Positions 27,421 through 41,299 are shown, counted from the stretch's first letter. The stretch: DNA of 64,000 bases from Octopus sinensis (GCF_006345805.1 NC_043003.1:116746001-116810000), one strand, 5' to 3'. Translations and numbers: made by a program. The notes: generated by a model not told the origin, from the sequence alone.

Positions 27421-28142
27421 GCGTGTATATGTACATGTAGAGGTAGGTACGTACATATATGTTTATATATATGCATATGTTTTATTTCATTTATTAATAT
27501 AATATATATATATATATACCTACAGATACACATATAGACACTTATGTATATATACATTATGTATCTATATATTTCCCCCCCTACATAATATGTACTTATG
27601 TATTTATATATATTATATTAATATTATATATATTATATAGATATATATATATATATAATAATATATCCATACACTCACAAACACTGCTGTTTGAGTTATT
27701 TTCCCTTTCTCTCTCTCCCTCAATTTTACATACCTCTCTCTCCCCCCCTCTCTCTCCCTATCTGGATATTCGCATGGAGGAAGCAGTGTCTGTGCAGAGA
27801 CACGGAGATATGTGAAATGACGAATTGTAAAGACACGCATTAATATGGATATATACGTAGGGGGATGACCGAAATTGAGGAATTGGGTGGGAGAGAATGT
27901 AAAGAGTGTGGAATTTGTCTAGGATGAGAAAATCTATAGAGAACTTCCGGCCAAGAGAGAGAAGAAAATAATACGTTTATACATGCCTACACACAAAACA
28001 CACACACATATTTATATATATGCGTGTGCGTGTCTGTATATTATGAAGTGAAATGATTAGTGATGTCAATGCTTAAAAATACCAATAAATTGAACGTAAT
28101 TCACGTTAATAAAGCATAACTGCCAAATGTTTCTCAAGGATT

Positions 28143-28331
28143 ATGATAGATCGTTAGCCACTACACACATTTTTTCTCTCTTTATTTTTTGTTTTTTTCT
28201 GTGTATCTTTCTGTGGAAGAGCGTAGGCTCGAAACGTAAAATACTTTTTCTATTCCTGAGCGTTATACTAATACATCTGCTTGTTTTGTACACTACCAGT
28301 CTTCGTCTTTTGTTTTTTTCGTATACTCTCC
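28143..28331 (+). mobile_element. Family A hammerhead-bearing short element
   Basis: Motif at 28206-28243, core CTGTGGA; 3' end at (AT)n. Confidence 0.7.
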
Positions 28332-28544
28332 ATAATATATATATATATATATATATATATAGATATATAATATATATATATTCGAAATTGCTCTTAAATG
28401 TGATTTTGAATGTTTTGAATGCTACTTCTAGCATGTACGACTGTCCTGTTAAGGGTCGCCTCCTTTTTGTTAAAATGTAGACTAATTTTATATATGGATA
28501 TAATATATATATATATATAATATATGTGTGTTGTGGTGTGTGTG

Positions 28545-28610
<66 letters not shown>

Positions 28611-29309
28611 AATAAAAAGAGTTGAAATATTTATCCAGTACGTTTCCAGCAACATGCAGTTCTCAGACCTATCAGATTACACTACGGATTTACACTCAAT
28701 TATAAGAGTATAAAAGTTGGGAAGAATGCTGTTGGATTTCTCTTAACAATTTTTTATTTCTAAGAAATAGAATTGTTTTCTACTATTCAGAGCAGCCAGA
28801 CATCTAATAAATAAACTCTGCTAGAATACGTGTTGTATATGAAGAGTACTTTTTGTTAGAGTTTAATTACATAAATAACTTAGAACTAACTTAAGCATAA
28901 TAAATGAGAAAACAGCATGAAACTAGAGTAAAAAATATTTTTCGTTCATTACAACTTATCATCAAAGGGAATACATTAACTTTATACTTGAAATTCTTTA
29001 ACTTTTAAATGATTTCAAAGCTAGTTAGCAATCTGACTGTTGATAGTAAACAACTTATGGACATTAAGTTATATTTATAACATTTAGAAGCAGGATAGAC
29101 GGAGGAAAGCCATCATCATCCACTTATTACAACTAGCCAGAAACAATACACCGTGCAAATGTACCATCAAAGTTCATACACTTCAACTTCACATCGAACT
29201 TTATTGTTATTAGGCCACTCTTCATAAACTAGGTAGGGAGACCACTGAGAGTCTTCTCTCACTAAGTTCCAGAGATTCTTTCTGCTTTACGGTCGACTCC
29301 ACTTACTCA

Positions 29310-29600
29310 AAGGTATTTTGATATTTTTCCCATTAAACTGACCCTGTCGTCAGTTAATGTTTTGTCGTTTTCTAGTAACGCCGATGTAATTTGGGAGAGG
29401 CGAAGAGCACATTATATTATTCGTGATACGAATAAACAGATGAGTCTAATCTAAACGGCGAAAGCAAAAGGAAGCAAAAACAATCTAAAAGAACCGCCAA
29501 TTTCCAAAATAAGAATTTATAAGCCAACATTCAAATAAGTCAATAGTCGTAAATATTTAGGAGCTCTCCTTACATCAAATGCGTAAACGGCAAAGAAATT
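29310..29600 (+). pseudogene. Ancient LINE RT remnant
   Basis: Residual NADVI and RKYLGALLTS motifs at plausible spacing; heavily degraded. Confidence 0.35.
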
Positions 29601-30039
29601 ACGTTGAGTGTTGGACAGGTTGTCAGCGGTGAGATCAACAACATACCGCCACCTATAGGGATATCACTACTACGTAGCAAAAAAGAGAGACTTAATTAGA
29701 AACCATCCTTAAATAGGGTTATGCGGCAAAAGTGAAGTTAGGCTCCTAGGATATGGTTCGTTAGATGAACGCTGAGGGACTCCTATGCAAAAAGAGAGCA
29801 AAATATGCAAATGTATAAATGACGTTAAGATTTGCATTGAGCTGCATTATGATATTAGATCTGCTGTTCACATGAGGAATCAGGAAACACTGATGAGAGC
29901 ACCTCAGGCTGTTCAGTCATTCTACTTCTTAACCCGATGGGCATAAATAGAGGGACTATATCTTCCCTCTCTAGCACCAAACATTTACCTACACATTAAT
30001 ATATATATGTTCGTGCGTGTGTGTGTATAAGCATGTATG

Positions 30040-30085
<46 letters not shown>

Positions 30086-30150
30086 CATATATTAATCTAT
30101 ATGCATATATATATGCCTATAGATTAATATAAATGTATGTATATATATAA

Positions 30151-30342
30151 CGGGAAGGTTTACGAAAATAAACAAAAGACGAAGACAGGTGGAGTACAAA
30201 CAAACAAATGTATTAGTATGGCGCTCAGGAATAGAAATAGAAAAAGTCTTTTAAGTTTCGAGTCTACGCTCTTCGACAGAAAGATACACAGAAAAAAAAA
30301 ACAAGGAGAGAAAAATGCGTGTAGGAGCTAACGATCTATCAT
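30151..30342 (-). mobile_element. Family A hammerhead-bearing short element
   Basis: Motif at 30247-30284, core CTGTCGA; 3' end at (AT)n. Confidence 0.7.
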
Positions 30343-30352
30343 GGCGTCGGGC

Positions 30353-30396
<44 letters not shown>

Positions 30397-31253
30397 TTGT
30401 GTGTCTGTGTGTGTGTGTTCGTGTGTGTTTTGCGTGTGTACACTGATATTCGTGTGTGTACATAGGGGAATATTCACGTACCTATACATACATACAGACT
30501 GACACGCACACGAAGTTTGAAGAAACTTTTGGTTCGTAGACATTTATTTTAATTCTTCTGAAGAAAATGTTAAGAATCAGTTCTGTGTTTTGATTTCAGT
30601 ATTAACAGTTTTATGAGCCGCATATCATTATGGCGACACCACTGAGACAGAAATTACACCAAGAACAGAAACGCTTTTCGAAGAGTCGTATGATTAACCC
30701 AAACACATATAACTGTAGATCGGTGTTTTGAAGAATAATGCCTTAGAAGGGGAAGTATAAATGCACGCAATTACCCAAGATAACATTAGGTATTACATTA
30801 TTTCCATTAAAACAAAATCTATCACGAGTTGCTATGATACGCACAAATACATATCTGCTAAAATTCTTTGGCAATACGACATCACTAGTAGAATACATAT
30901 GGTGTTTAAAGTGAAGCGGTACAAATTTGAAATTGTAAAGAATGAGACACATAATACAAACACAACGGAAAAGAAAAGATAGGCTGTAGATTATAGAAGT
31001 AATTTAGATATTAATAACGAATTACGACTTATTCAATCAAAAGAACGGAAGTATACTTTGAAATATTAAATTTCATATTAAAGAAAAGCAAGCTTCTCAG
31101 TAAAATTTATGGTAAACTCCAATGGAGGATTCATGTATGAGTTTATTGCACACAAACATGATAATTAATGAAGTTAAAATCCTAATCATCTATTGAATAT
31201 AAGGTAACGCTATTTCACTGAAATTATTACTCGAAATAAATAAATAAATATAT

Positions 31254-31293
<40 letters not shown>

Positions 31294-31299
<6 letters not shown>

Positions 31300-31385
31300 A
31301 TCCAAACAAGAAACCACAATAAAACACAACAACGCGAGGAGGTGGAACAAATATAGTATTATTGGACGGTCAGGAAAGAAGGAAA
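31294..31385 (-). mobile_element. Truncated family B element (3' part only)
   Basis: Reverse-complement match to 36680-36771; 3' end at (AT)n. Confidence 0.7.
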
Positions 31386-31429
31386 AGTGGAAGAATCACG
31401 GACAAATTTTTTTGATTTCCAATCACGAT

Positions 31430-31615
31430 TTCAGTGGCGTACTCCGGAAGAATGGTAACAGTAATCCGTAGGTGTAAACATCCAGGATTTCGGTATCCAA
31501 GGCACTCGGAGGGCCGGGGTCCGTGTGAGCGTGCAGTGGTAGAAGAGGCAATGTCAAGTCATGTGGTAGACAGCAATGTCAAGCGTCCTCATCTACCAAA
31601 TGGGCCAACAGCAAT
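31430..31615 (+). mobile_element. LINE 3' remnant related to 33130-33480
   Basis: Shares gcRatgtcaagtcatgtggtagac...cctcatctaccaaatgggccaaca with 33392-33453. Confidence 0.45.
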
Positions 31616-31771
31616 ATATATATATATACAGGGGAAAAGCGTGATGATAACACCAACATAACCAACAATTTTTGCCGTTAAATTTAGGAACTATGATTTC
31701 GTAGCGGTAAGTAAACATCAGAGTATTCTCTCGCATTCTCTCTCTCACTCTTTCATGCTCTCGTTCACACA

Positions 31772-31824
<53 letters not shown>

Positions 31825-32189
31825 ATTAAAGTTTGTGTTAAGCGCATCTGAAGGGATGGTTTCATCCAAGGAAACACTGGTTGAAATCCTAGCAATTTTG
31901 GGGAACGAAGTTCCATAAAATATTAGGAATATTTAAAAACATAGAGTTTATATCCATTTAAAAGAAGAAAAGAAAATGGAGATTGGGAAGTTAATAATTG
32001 TTTATTATTAACATCAAATTGGGCATCTTCACTTACAGCCGTTTCTATTATTACTCAATAAGCATTAAATTTACATTTATCCGATATGAGCATAATATCA
32101 TCAGAGATAAAAAGATTTGTGAATTCATTTTAGCAGAGTCTGCTAATATATATACACACACACACACATACACACACACACACACTCAC

Positions 32190-32238
<49 letters not shown>

Positions 32239-32260
32239 TATTATATATATATATATATAT

Positions 32261-32944
32261 ATACTAAGCAATAAGGGTTTAGCAACGAGTTGCCTTACCA
32301 CATACCGAATTTAGAAATAGCAGTCAAAGGGTATAGCTATTTCTTCTACTAAAAAGGGAGATCTCAGTAAAAACAGCATTTGGAAGGCAGACACAAACAG
32401 GTAAGAGAGAATGAATTGACTGCAATCTATCATACATTTTTTTAGTTATCCACGGACGTACGTTTCGAAATCAAGTTTTTAGGAAAGCATAAGAATTAAA
32501 TATTAAATATTAAATAATTCTATCTTATATTAAATATTAAATATTCTATCTAATATTAAATATTCTATCTAATATTAAATAATTCTAAGATAGAATTATT
32601 TAATATTTAATATTTAATTCTTATGCTTTCCTAAAAACTTGATTTCGAAACGTACGTCCGTGGATAACTAAAAAAATGTATGATAGATTGCAGTCAATTC
32701 ATTCTCTCTTACCTGTTTGTGTCTGCCTTCCAAATGCTGTTTTTACTGAGATCTCCCTTTTTAGTGAAGAAATAGCTATACCCTTTGACTGCTATTTCTA
32801 AATTCGGTATGTGGTAAGGCAACTCGTTGCTAAACCCTTATTGCTAGTATTACTTAAATTTTCCTCGAATGAGGCTTTTACATGCCGAAGACTACTTGGT
32901 GTATTGATAATTTTTCCAATTAATTAATTTCACCCTTCATTATT

Positions 32945-32949
<5 letters not shown>
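32261..32949. mobile_element. Foldback element: ~266-bp inverted arms (32261-32527, 32586-32850) plus ~100-bp unpaired 3' extension
   Basis: Near-perfect reverse-complement arms; contains a hammerhead 3' half GAAAC-GTAC-GTC; second copy at 46121. Confidence 0.9.
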
Positions 32950-32991
<42 letters not shown>

Positions 32992-33129
32992 CATATATAT
33001 ATGCATATTCCCAATTTCATATACTTAAATTTACAAACACGTAAAACATACGTACACGCTTAAGAGTTCTATGCACTCCACATATAAATGTGTGTGTAAT
33101 AATCTAAATATGGAAAATATTAGCAGGGC

Positions 33130-33480
33130 TGGTACATAATTTCGACGTTAAGTGTTGTGGAAATGCCCGAAATGGACACCAGTGCACTGTACCAAATATA
33201 CCGTGCCCTTCATCTACGATTCAGTAGCACGTACGTTAATAGCTGAGGTTTCTAAGGCTCAAAGCTTTCCGCTGCTCTATTAAAAGGAATTAAGTATAGA
33301 CAATATGGATGTGAATGCCTTTGAAAAGGAACTGGACATTCTACAATCCACGATAGCAGACGAACTGTCGTTCCGTCATGTGGTAGATGAGGCGATGTCA
33401 AGTCATGTGGTAGACTGCAATGTCAAGCTTCCTCATCTACCAAATGGGCCAACAACAAGAATTAAAGCACATGCAGCAGT
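33130..33480 (+). mobile_element. CR1/L2-group LINE 3' remnant
   Basis: VHNFDV...NARNGHQCTVPNI and KELS..NMDVNAFEKELDILQSTIADE resemble CR1/L2 ORF2 C-termini. Confidence 0.45.
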
Positions 33481-33586
33481 TGTGATTAAAACAATCCCAC
33501 AACCCAGAAGAAAGAGACCAAACAAGGAAACTCTGACAAAGGTACAAAATCACGGTGGTGCTACAGCATAACTTCAGCAGCCGGGT

Positions 33587-33729
33587 CCTTGTTTCTTTCT
33601 GTGTTCCTTTCTGTAGAAGAGCGTAGGCTCGAAACGTAAAAGACTTTTTCAATTCCTGAGCGTTATACTAATACATCTGTTTGTTTTCTACACCACCTGT
33701 CTTCGTCTTTTGTTTATTTCGCGAATTCA
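33587..33729 (+). mobile_element. Family A hammerhead-bearing short element (5'-truncated)
   Basis: Motif at 33606-33643, core CTGTAGA; 3' end at (CATA)n. Confidence 0.7.
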
Positions 33730-34744
33730 CATACATACATACATACATACATACATAATACATACATACATACATGCATACACATACAAACATACATACA
33801 TATATGCATGCATACATACATGCATACATACATACATACATACATACATGCATACACATACAAACATACATACATATATGCATGCATACATAAACATATA
33901 TATATATACGTATATATTATGCGTGTACAGATATATGTGTATAAAGGTATGTCTATATGTATGAATCTCTCTCTCTTTCTCACTCTCTCTCTCTTTCTGC
34001 AGATATATATGTATGTATGCATGTATTAATGTATGTATGAATGTATGTGTTGTGTGTGTGTATGTGTGTACATGGGACATCATTATTTGTCCTATATGAG
34101 GTTGTTGCTGGTGGTGGTGGTGTTTATTGAGGGATAGGCGGTGATTATCCTTATTATGAGCTTCTTCGTCATAATCATCATCATCATCAACATGAAATTA
34201 ATAATTACGACCATCACCATCAAGGAAATGACGTCGGCAGCCAGGAAGATGCAGAGGAATAATGCCAAGACAATGGGGGAATATGGTTTATAATGTCCCG
34301 CGATAACAATGCCGTTAATGATAATGATGGTAATATTAATGATAATGATAATGATAACGGTGACAAAGATGATGATGATGATGATGATGATGATGAATAC
34401 TATGGTGACGTCGTTGATGACGATGATGACAACGGTTTGGGCGGTGATGACCAAGACAAGCATGTTGATGATGGTGATTGTGATGGCCATAATAATCAGT
34501 ATTCACAACCTAAACGAAGTGAAATGGCTTCAAATAGAAATCGAAAGTTCGTCACCAGAACTGATTCGCCACGAATATACACACTTCTCTCATTAACATC
34601 ACTCTTTCCATCTGTCCGACTCTCTCTCTCCCTCTCTCTCTCTTTCATTCTTTGCCTGTCTGCCTCTCTCCCTGTCCCTCTCTCACACACACACTCACTC
34701 TCCTTCTTACTCTACTCTGGATATGTACATACATATATATAATA

Positions 34745-34807
<63 letters not shown>

Positions 34808-35773
34808 TATACATATATATATATGTATATATATATGTATATATATTTGTATATGTATATATATATATATATATATATGTACATATATATATATATGTAT
34901 GTATGTATGTATGTATAACGTATTTACTATAAATATAGAATATTAAATTTAAGAGAAAGACAAGATAATTATTGAAGTCATAAATATTACATAAAAGAAT
35001 TTAAACACAAGACAAGAACAACCTAGTGTCTACTCGGGGGCATTAATTAATGATATATATTTTATACTTGTTAGACAATATGTCGCATTTCAACATATAA
35101 CAGGTTTTATTGGTGTTGTTTTGTTTCCGTTCGTTTTTGTTTGTTTTCTAACTTTTCAGAAATATGTTTGTTTCTAATGTTTTAACATTTTTATTCTCAT
35201 ATTTACCATTTTTGTTTTCTCATTTGTTGTTTTCTCTCTGGTTTGTCATGTATATCTGTGAAAATTTCTATCTATGTGTACATAGTGTGCTAAAACAGTT
35301 TGGCAGTACACGGACACACGCAAACATATACAGAGTATAAGGTTAACTATGAGTAAGAATTTATATATTTATTATATATATAATTAAATATATATATATG
35401 TGTGTGTGTGTGTGAATTTGTAAGTATGCAAGTATGTATGTATACATATCTATATATCTATTTATATATATACATTTGAAATTGTGTACGTTTATGTATG
35501 TATAATATTGGCGTGAGGTGTGAACGTGCACTGGTTTGGCTTTTGTCCTTCGAATATTACTTATGAAAATAAATGAAGAATATAATTGATAAAAATACGA
35601 AATATTATATACGAAAAATACAGAATACTAAATATATACGCATATTCAATCCATATGTACAAACGCACGCAAACACACGCACACACGCACATATGTGTAC
35701 GTTTATGAGCACGGTTATTCGGGAGAAGGTATTTGCATCTGTATTCATATATAAGTGAATATCTGAATATATG

Positions 35774-35847
<74 letters not shown>

Positions 35848-36108
35848 CAAATGTATGCTTATATATGTAATTCACGTGTGTGCTTGTGTTTGTATGTTTG
35901 TGTGCATGTGGGTGTGTGAACGAACGCTTTGTTTGTATGATAGGTACCGTCTGTTGGATATTCGGTAATTAAAATAGAATCGCTTAAGTGATAAGAAAAA
36001 CATTAAAAGAAGGAACTCTCTTTTATAGAAACACGCGCACGCACGCACATATATACATACCTATATATATATATATATATATATATTACATATAAATATA
36101 TATGTATA

Positions 36109-36154
<46 letters not shown>

Positions 36155-36218
36155 GAAACAAAATGTATTTTATTCTATTTTTATTGTATGTTAGTTTATT
36201 TTCTCTCTCTCTCTCATT

Positions 36219-36356
36219 ATTCTGTGTTCCTTTCTGTTGAAGAGCGTAGGCTCGAAACATAACAGACTTTCTCACTTCCCGAGCGTTAACTAATACATCT
36301 GTTTGCTGTTTACGCACCCGATTTCATTCTTGTCTTGCTTTTTTGTAAATTTCAAC
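36219..36356 (+). mobile_element. Family A hammerhead-bearing short element (diverged)
   Basis: Motif at 36229-36266, core CTGTTGA. Confidence 0.65.
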
Positions 36357-36379
36357 TATATCTATACCTCTCTCTCTCT

Positions 36380-36452
<73 letters not shown>

Positions 36453-36500
36453 GATATATATATATATTTATATATTATATATATATATATATTATATATA

Positions 36501-36547
<47 letters not shown>

Positions 36548-36561
36548 GTATATATACTATT

Positions 36562-36771
36562 GACCTGTGTGTACCGTTGGCGATTTTTTTCCTCTGTCTT
36601 CCCTTCTCTGGATCTTTCCTTTTCCTACGTTTCCGACGAAGAGCTCCGCTCGAAACGTTAAACCCTCCTTCTTGCCTTCTTTTCTGAGCGTCCAATAATA
36701 CTATATTTGTTCCACGTCCTCGCATTGTTGTTTTTTTTTGCTTTCTTGTTTGGATTAACTTTATATATATA
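36562..36771 (+). mobile_element. Family B hammerhead-bearing short element
   Basis: GTTT-CCGACGA-A-GAGC-TCC-GCTC-GAAAC-GTT-AAAC at 36629-36663; flanked by (AT)n. Confidence 0.65.
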
Positions 36772-36830
36772 TGTATATATATGTGTATGTATGTATTATA
36801 TATATTATATAATATATTATATATTATAAT

Positions 36831-36862
<32 letters not shown>

Positions 36863-36983
36863 CAATAGCTCTAAAATTCAAAGGTAATTGTATATACGTA
36901 GGCGTACTAATACAAGTAATGTCTGAAACAAAGACCGACGATCAAGAGATCATTGAATAAGAGTAGACTACAAGAGAAGCAGC

Positions 36984-37018
<35 letters not shown>

Positions 37019-37082
37019 CAGCAGCAGCAGTAGTAGCAGCAGCAGTAGTAGTAGCAGTAGTAGTAATATTAGTAGTAGTAGC

Positions 37083-37122
<40 letters not shown>

Positions 37123-37184
37123 ATCATGATTTGTACGTTGCTATTGGAATTATATTATAAATTACCAGTGGTGTACGGAGCACA

Positions 37185-37526
37185 AAATTGCGAAAAATTA
37201 CAACTGGAAAATGGTTTCATTCTCGTGTGAGTCTAGATGTTATAAGCCTCTTCACCAAAGTCCCAACTGGTGAAGCATTATCGGTGATACAAGAAAAACT
37301 AGTGACAGACACCCAACGCACAAGTATACCAATAAGAAACTTAATGGAAATGTTGACCTTCTGTGTAGAAAGTACCTCCTTCAGTATGGACACTGATATA
37401 TATTGACAAGAAGAGGATTTAGCTTTGGGTTCGACATTATCACCGGTAATAGCCAATATATAATGGTTAAGAGAGCGAACTACTAACCCCAAGACTCCGA
37501 GCTCGATTCCAAGCAGTGACCTGAAC

Positions 37527-37582
<56 letters not shown>

Positions 37583-37731
37583 CAACATCGAAAAAATAAC
37601 TTAGGAATGCGAAGCCAGGTTCGAAATTTCCCCCAAGACACCTGATGAAGGCTGGAGGGTATATCAGCCGAAACTTTGTGTTAACAACAAACAAGATTAG
37701 GGCAAATATCCGTCGAATGTAAATAATGTAA
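37185..37731 (+). mobile_element. Internally deleted Penelope-like element: RT fragment fused to the tRNA-like/(AAT)n/hammerhead terminal repeat
   Basis: VSLDVISLFTKVP..EAL...LTFCVESTSF..IY*QEEDLALGSTLSPVIANI is a PLE RT signature; 37464-37731 matches 10393-10610. Confidence 0.85.
37637..37682 (+). ncRNA. Minimal type I hammerhead-like motif
   Basis: GACAC-CTGATGA-A-GGCTG-10nt-CAGCC-GAAAC-TTT-GTGTT; intact CUGAUGA and GAAA; helix III imperfect. Confidence 0.7.
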
Positions 37732-37773
<42 letters not shown>

Positions 37774-38528
37774 CTTTAGCACTGCAGGCAAAATTCTTAA
37801 CAGCATTTCGTCCGTCTTTATGTTCTGATTTCAAATTCTGCCGATGTCGACATAGCTTTTTATCTTTTCTGGTCCCATAAAAAAAACTATGTACGAGTAA
37901 AATTATGAAGACATAGTTTTTCCTAACCCGCTTCCCTCAAATTAAAGGGCTTGTGCTTATATCATCATGAATATATTAATATTAATATTCTTTAAGGAGG
38001 TCAGCCGAGAGAATCTTTAACGGGGAATCATGGGAAATGCTTAGCGGCATTTCGTCCGTTATTACTTTCTGAATTGAAATTCCGCCGTGGTTGACTTTGT
38101 CTTTCCGTCTTTCATGGCCAATGATATAAGTTCTAGATGAAAACTGATGGGGAAATTGCAGGCCTTCTAACAAAATTTGAAATCAATATTAATATACTTT
38201 TATTATCGTTGTTATTGTTTATTATTATTTTTGTTGTTATACTTCAAAGCAGTGAGCTAGTGGAAACGTTGAAGCGTCGGAGAAATGAATTGCCGTATTT
38301 CGTACGATGCTGTATGTCCTGAGATCTATTCCCGCAGGGACTAACTTTTGTACCTTTTGAGTCGATTGAATAAGATACCAGTCATGTATTGGAGACCATG
38401 GGGTCAATTATTTTTCATTCACTAAATAAAAGCACCTGGCATTGTTGCTGATATAGAAACCATTATTAGTTCAACTCTAACGGTGTTAGTTATATCGTTC
38501 ATCGTTACAGATTCGAGAGAATGAAGTA

Positions 38529-38757
38529 CCTATTTCTTTATTACCCACAAGGGACTAAACACAGAGGGGAGAAACAAAGGACCGACATAGGTATATAGTC
38601 GATTACATCGACCCCAGTGCGTAAATGGTACTTAATTTATCGACCCCGAAAGGATGAAAGGCAAAGTCGACCTCGGCGGAATTTGAACTCACTACGTAAC
38701 GCAGACGAAATACCGCAAAGCATTTCGCCCGGCGTGCTAACGTTTCTGCCAGCTCGC
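38529..38757 (-). mobile_element. SINE family 2 copy
   Basis: Family match; older degenerate pieces nearby (37780-38410, 38860-39040). Confidence 0.88.
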
Positions 38758-39122
38758 AGAATGCAGTACCGGTTGCGTATTGAGGTCGATAGTGTCAACA
38801 ATCTCCCACCCCTTCAAAATGCAGATCTTGTGCCTAAATCAGAAGTCAATCTTTTAGGGCGATGAGCTGACAAAATAGTTAAAACATCGTGGAAAACGCT
38901 TTATTCTTTGCTCAAATCACTCAAGATTATGAGTTCACATTCTGCTGAGGTCATATTTACCTTTCATCCCTACAGCTTGATAAAATAAGATACCGGTCAA
39001 GAACTATGGTCGATGGTATAAGCGATTCCCGCCTCTAAATTAGTAACAGCAGCAGTAGAGGAAGAAACGAAGACGTTTGGTCGTAGTTTTGTTTGACAGA
39101 ATTCCATAATACTAGAAATAAT

Positions 39123-39567
39123 GGATCTTTTCGGTTTGAACGGCAGTTTTTCTAGCGGTGTCATATGAAATTGTCACCCATAATTATGACCCTAGTATCG
39201 ATCTATTGCTTTTCAGTCTGTTTTAGGGATAGGGTTAGTTGGGGTTAGTTAGGGTTAGGGTTAGGGGTGGGGAGAAGGATATCTTTTTTTCTTCCCAAAT
39301 GTAAATAAACCCAATCCGTTTCTTAAACGAGGGACAGAATCATACGGCACAGAATGTTTTTTTTTACCTCAATAGACGTCAGTGATTGGTTGAAATTGCA
39401 GAAATTGAAGAAAAAATACAACAAATATCTTACAAACTATAGAATTCTCTCAATAAATCCAAGAGAAAATGATGTTTTATAAACACATTCTACCAGTATA
39501 CAAAGTTTAAAGTTTTTTAGTTACCTAGAAATTATTTTAAAAACTGCCGTTCAAACCGAAAAGATCC
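39123..39567. mobile_element. GG-ended MITE with 8-bp TSD (Merlin- or hAT-type)
   Basis: 28-bp TIRs; gaaataat at 39115-39122 and 39568-39575. Confidence 0.9.
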
Positions 39568-39891
39568 GAAATAATTATTAAACACATCATTCATTAGAAT
39601 ACATTCCATCTTCATAATTTTGCATTTTTCAAAGTTTTTCTTGAAAACAACAGAATCTCTTCATCTTGAAAATAGTAAAAGTTATTTGTGTTCTTCAGTG
39701 TCAGGAACTATTGTTCTTTCCTATTGTTAAGAACGAGACATAACAACGAGTGTCTGTTGAACAAGCTTTGTTCTGACTATCGTACAAATTACTAGGAAAA
39801 CAAAATGGAGTTCTGTGGAGAACATACAATGTTCATATAATAAACCTAAAAGTCCTTCTACAATAGTGTATGTATAGCTATGTGCATATAT

Positions 39892-39926
<35 letters not shown>

Positions 39927-39938
39927 ATATATATATAT

Positions 39939-39970
<32 letters not shown>

Positions 39971-40011
39971 ATATACTCACCGCATACACTCACATAATTG
40001 TAAGCATACAC

Positions 40012-40091
<80 letters not shown>

Positions 40092-40206
40092 TTAATATAT
40101 ATATATATACATATATTACACACATACACATTCACATATATATATACTTATATATATAAACATATATTTACACACATACACATTCACACATATATATATA
40201 TATACT

Positions 40207-40245
<39 letters not shown>

Positions 40246-40338
40246 TATATAGATATATATAATATATATATGTATATACTCACCGCATACACTCACATAA
40301 TTGTAAGCATACACACATACATACATATATATATATAT

Positions 40339-40391
<53 letters not shown>

Positions 40392-40510
40392 TTATATATA
40401 TATATACATATATTACACACATACACATTCACATATATATATACTTATATATATAAACATATATTTACACACATACACATTCACACATATATATATATAT
40501 ACTTAATATA
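39971..40510. repeat. Tandem duplication (~303-bp period) of microsatellite-rich sequence
   Basis: Anchor ctcaccgcatacactcacataattgtaagc recurs at 39976 and 40279. Confidence 0.85.
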
Positions 40511-40568
<58 letters not shown>

Positions 40569-41214
40569 ATATATACGCATATATACATTACTTTTATTTG
40601 TTCATTTATTAACTAATTTATATATTTGTTCATATATTAATTGAGTTACTGGTTGGTAAAAGCATTACTCTAAAATGAGCATAGGAAAACAAATGATTAA
40701 TTAATATATATGCAGAGAAAAATCAATAGAGCTAACGAAGAAATATAATTGAACATATAATCAAATGAGCGATTGTAATCAATGAATGTGTATACAAACA
40801 AAAGGAATTCACTTCAGAATTCAATCAATCCACATGCGAGTGAGCCATAATCAACAGAAAATATAGGAGACTCTCAACAAATAAAGGAATACACAAGTAA
40901 TTGTAGAATTTTCAGGATTGATCTATTAACATAGATTTCAAGCCTTCCGTACTAATGTTTAAAATTAGTATTTATCTATTGTAATGGAAACTATGGTTAT
41001 TGTATGACAAACACAAATAAAGACAAAACTTATAAAGACTGTAATAAACTGATGAGAATGAAAATATCCGAAATGTGATGCAATTATTTTTATGATGAAT
41101 AATTCAAATAAATTGAGAGAGAAAAAAAATTGAATATTATTGATATAATGGCTCTATTGCGTCATTTCAATATCATCACCATGACCGTTATTAACAGACA
41201 CTACCCTTCCCTCT

Positions 41215-41229
41215 CATCACCATCACCAC

Positions 41230-41299
<70 letters not shown>

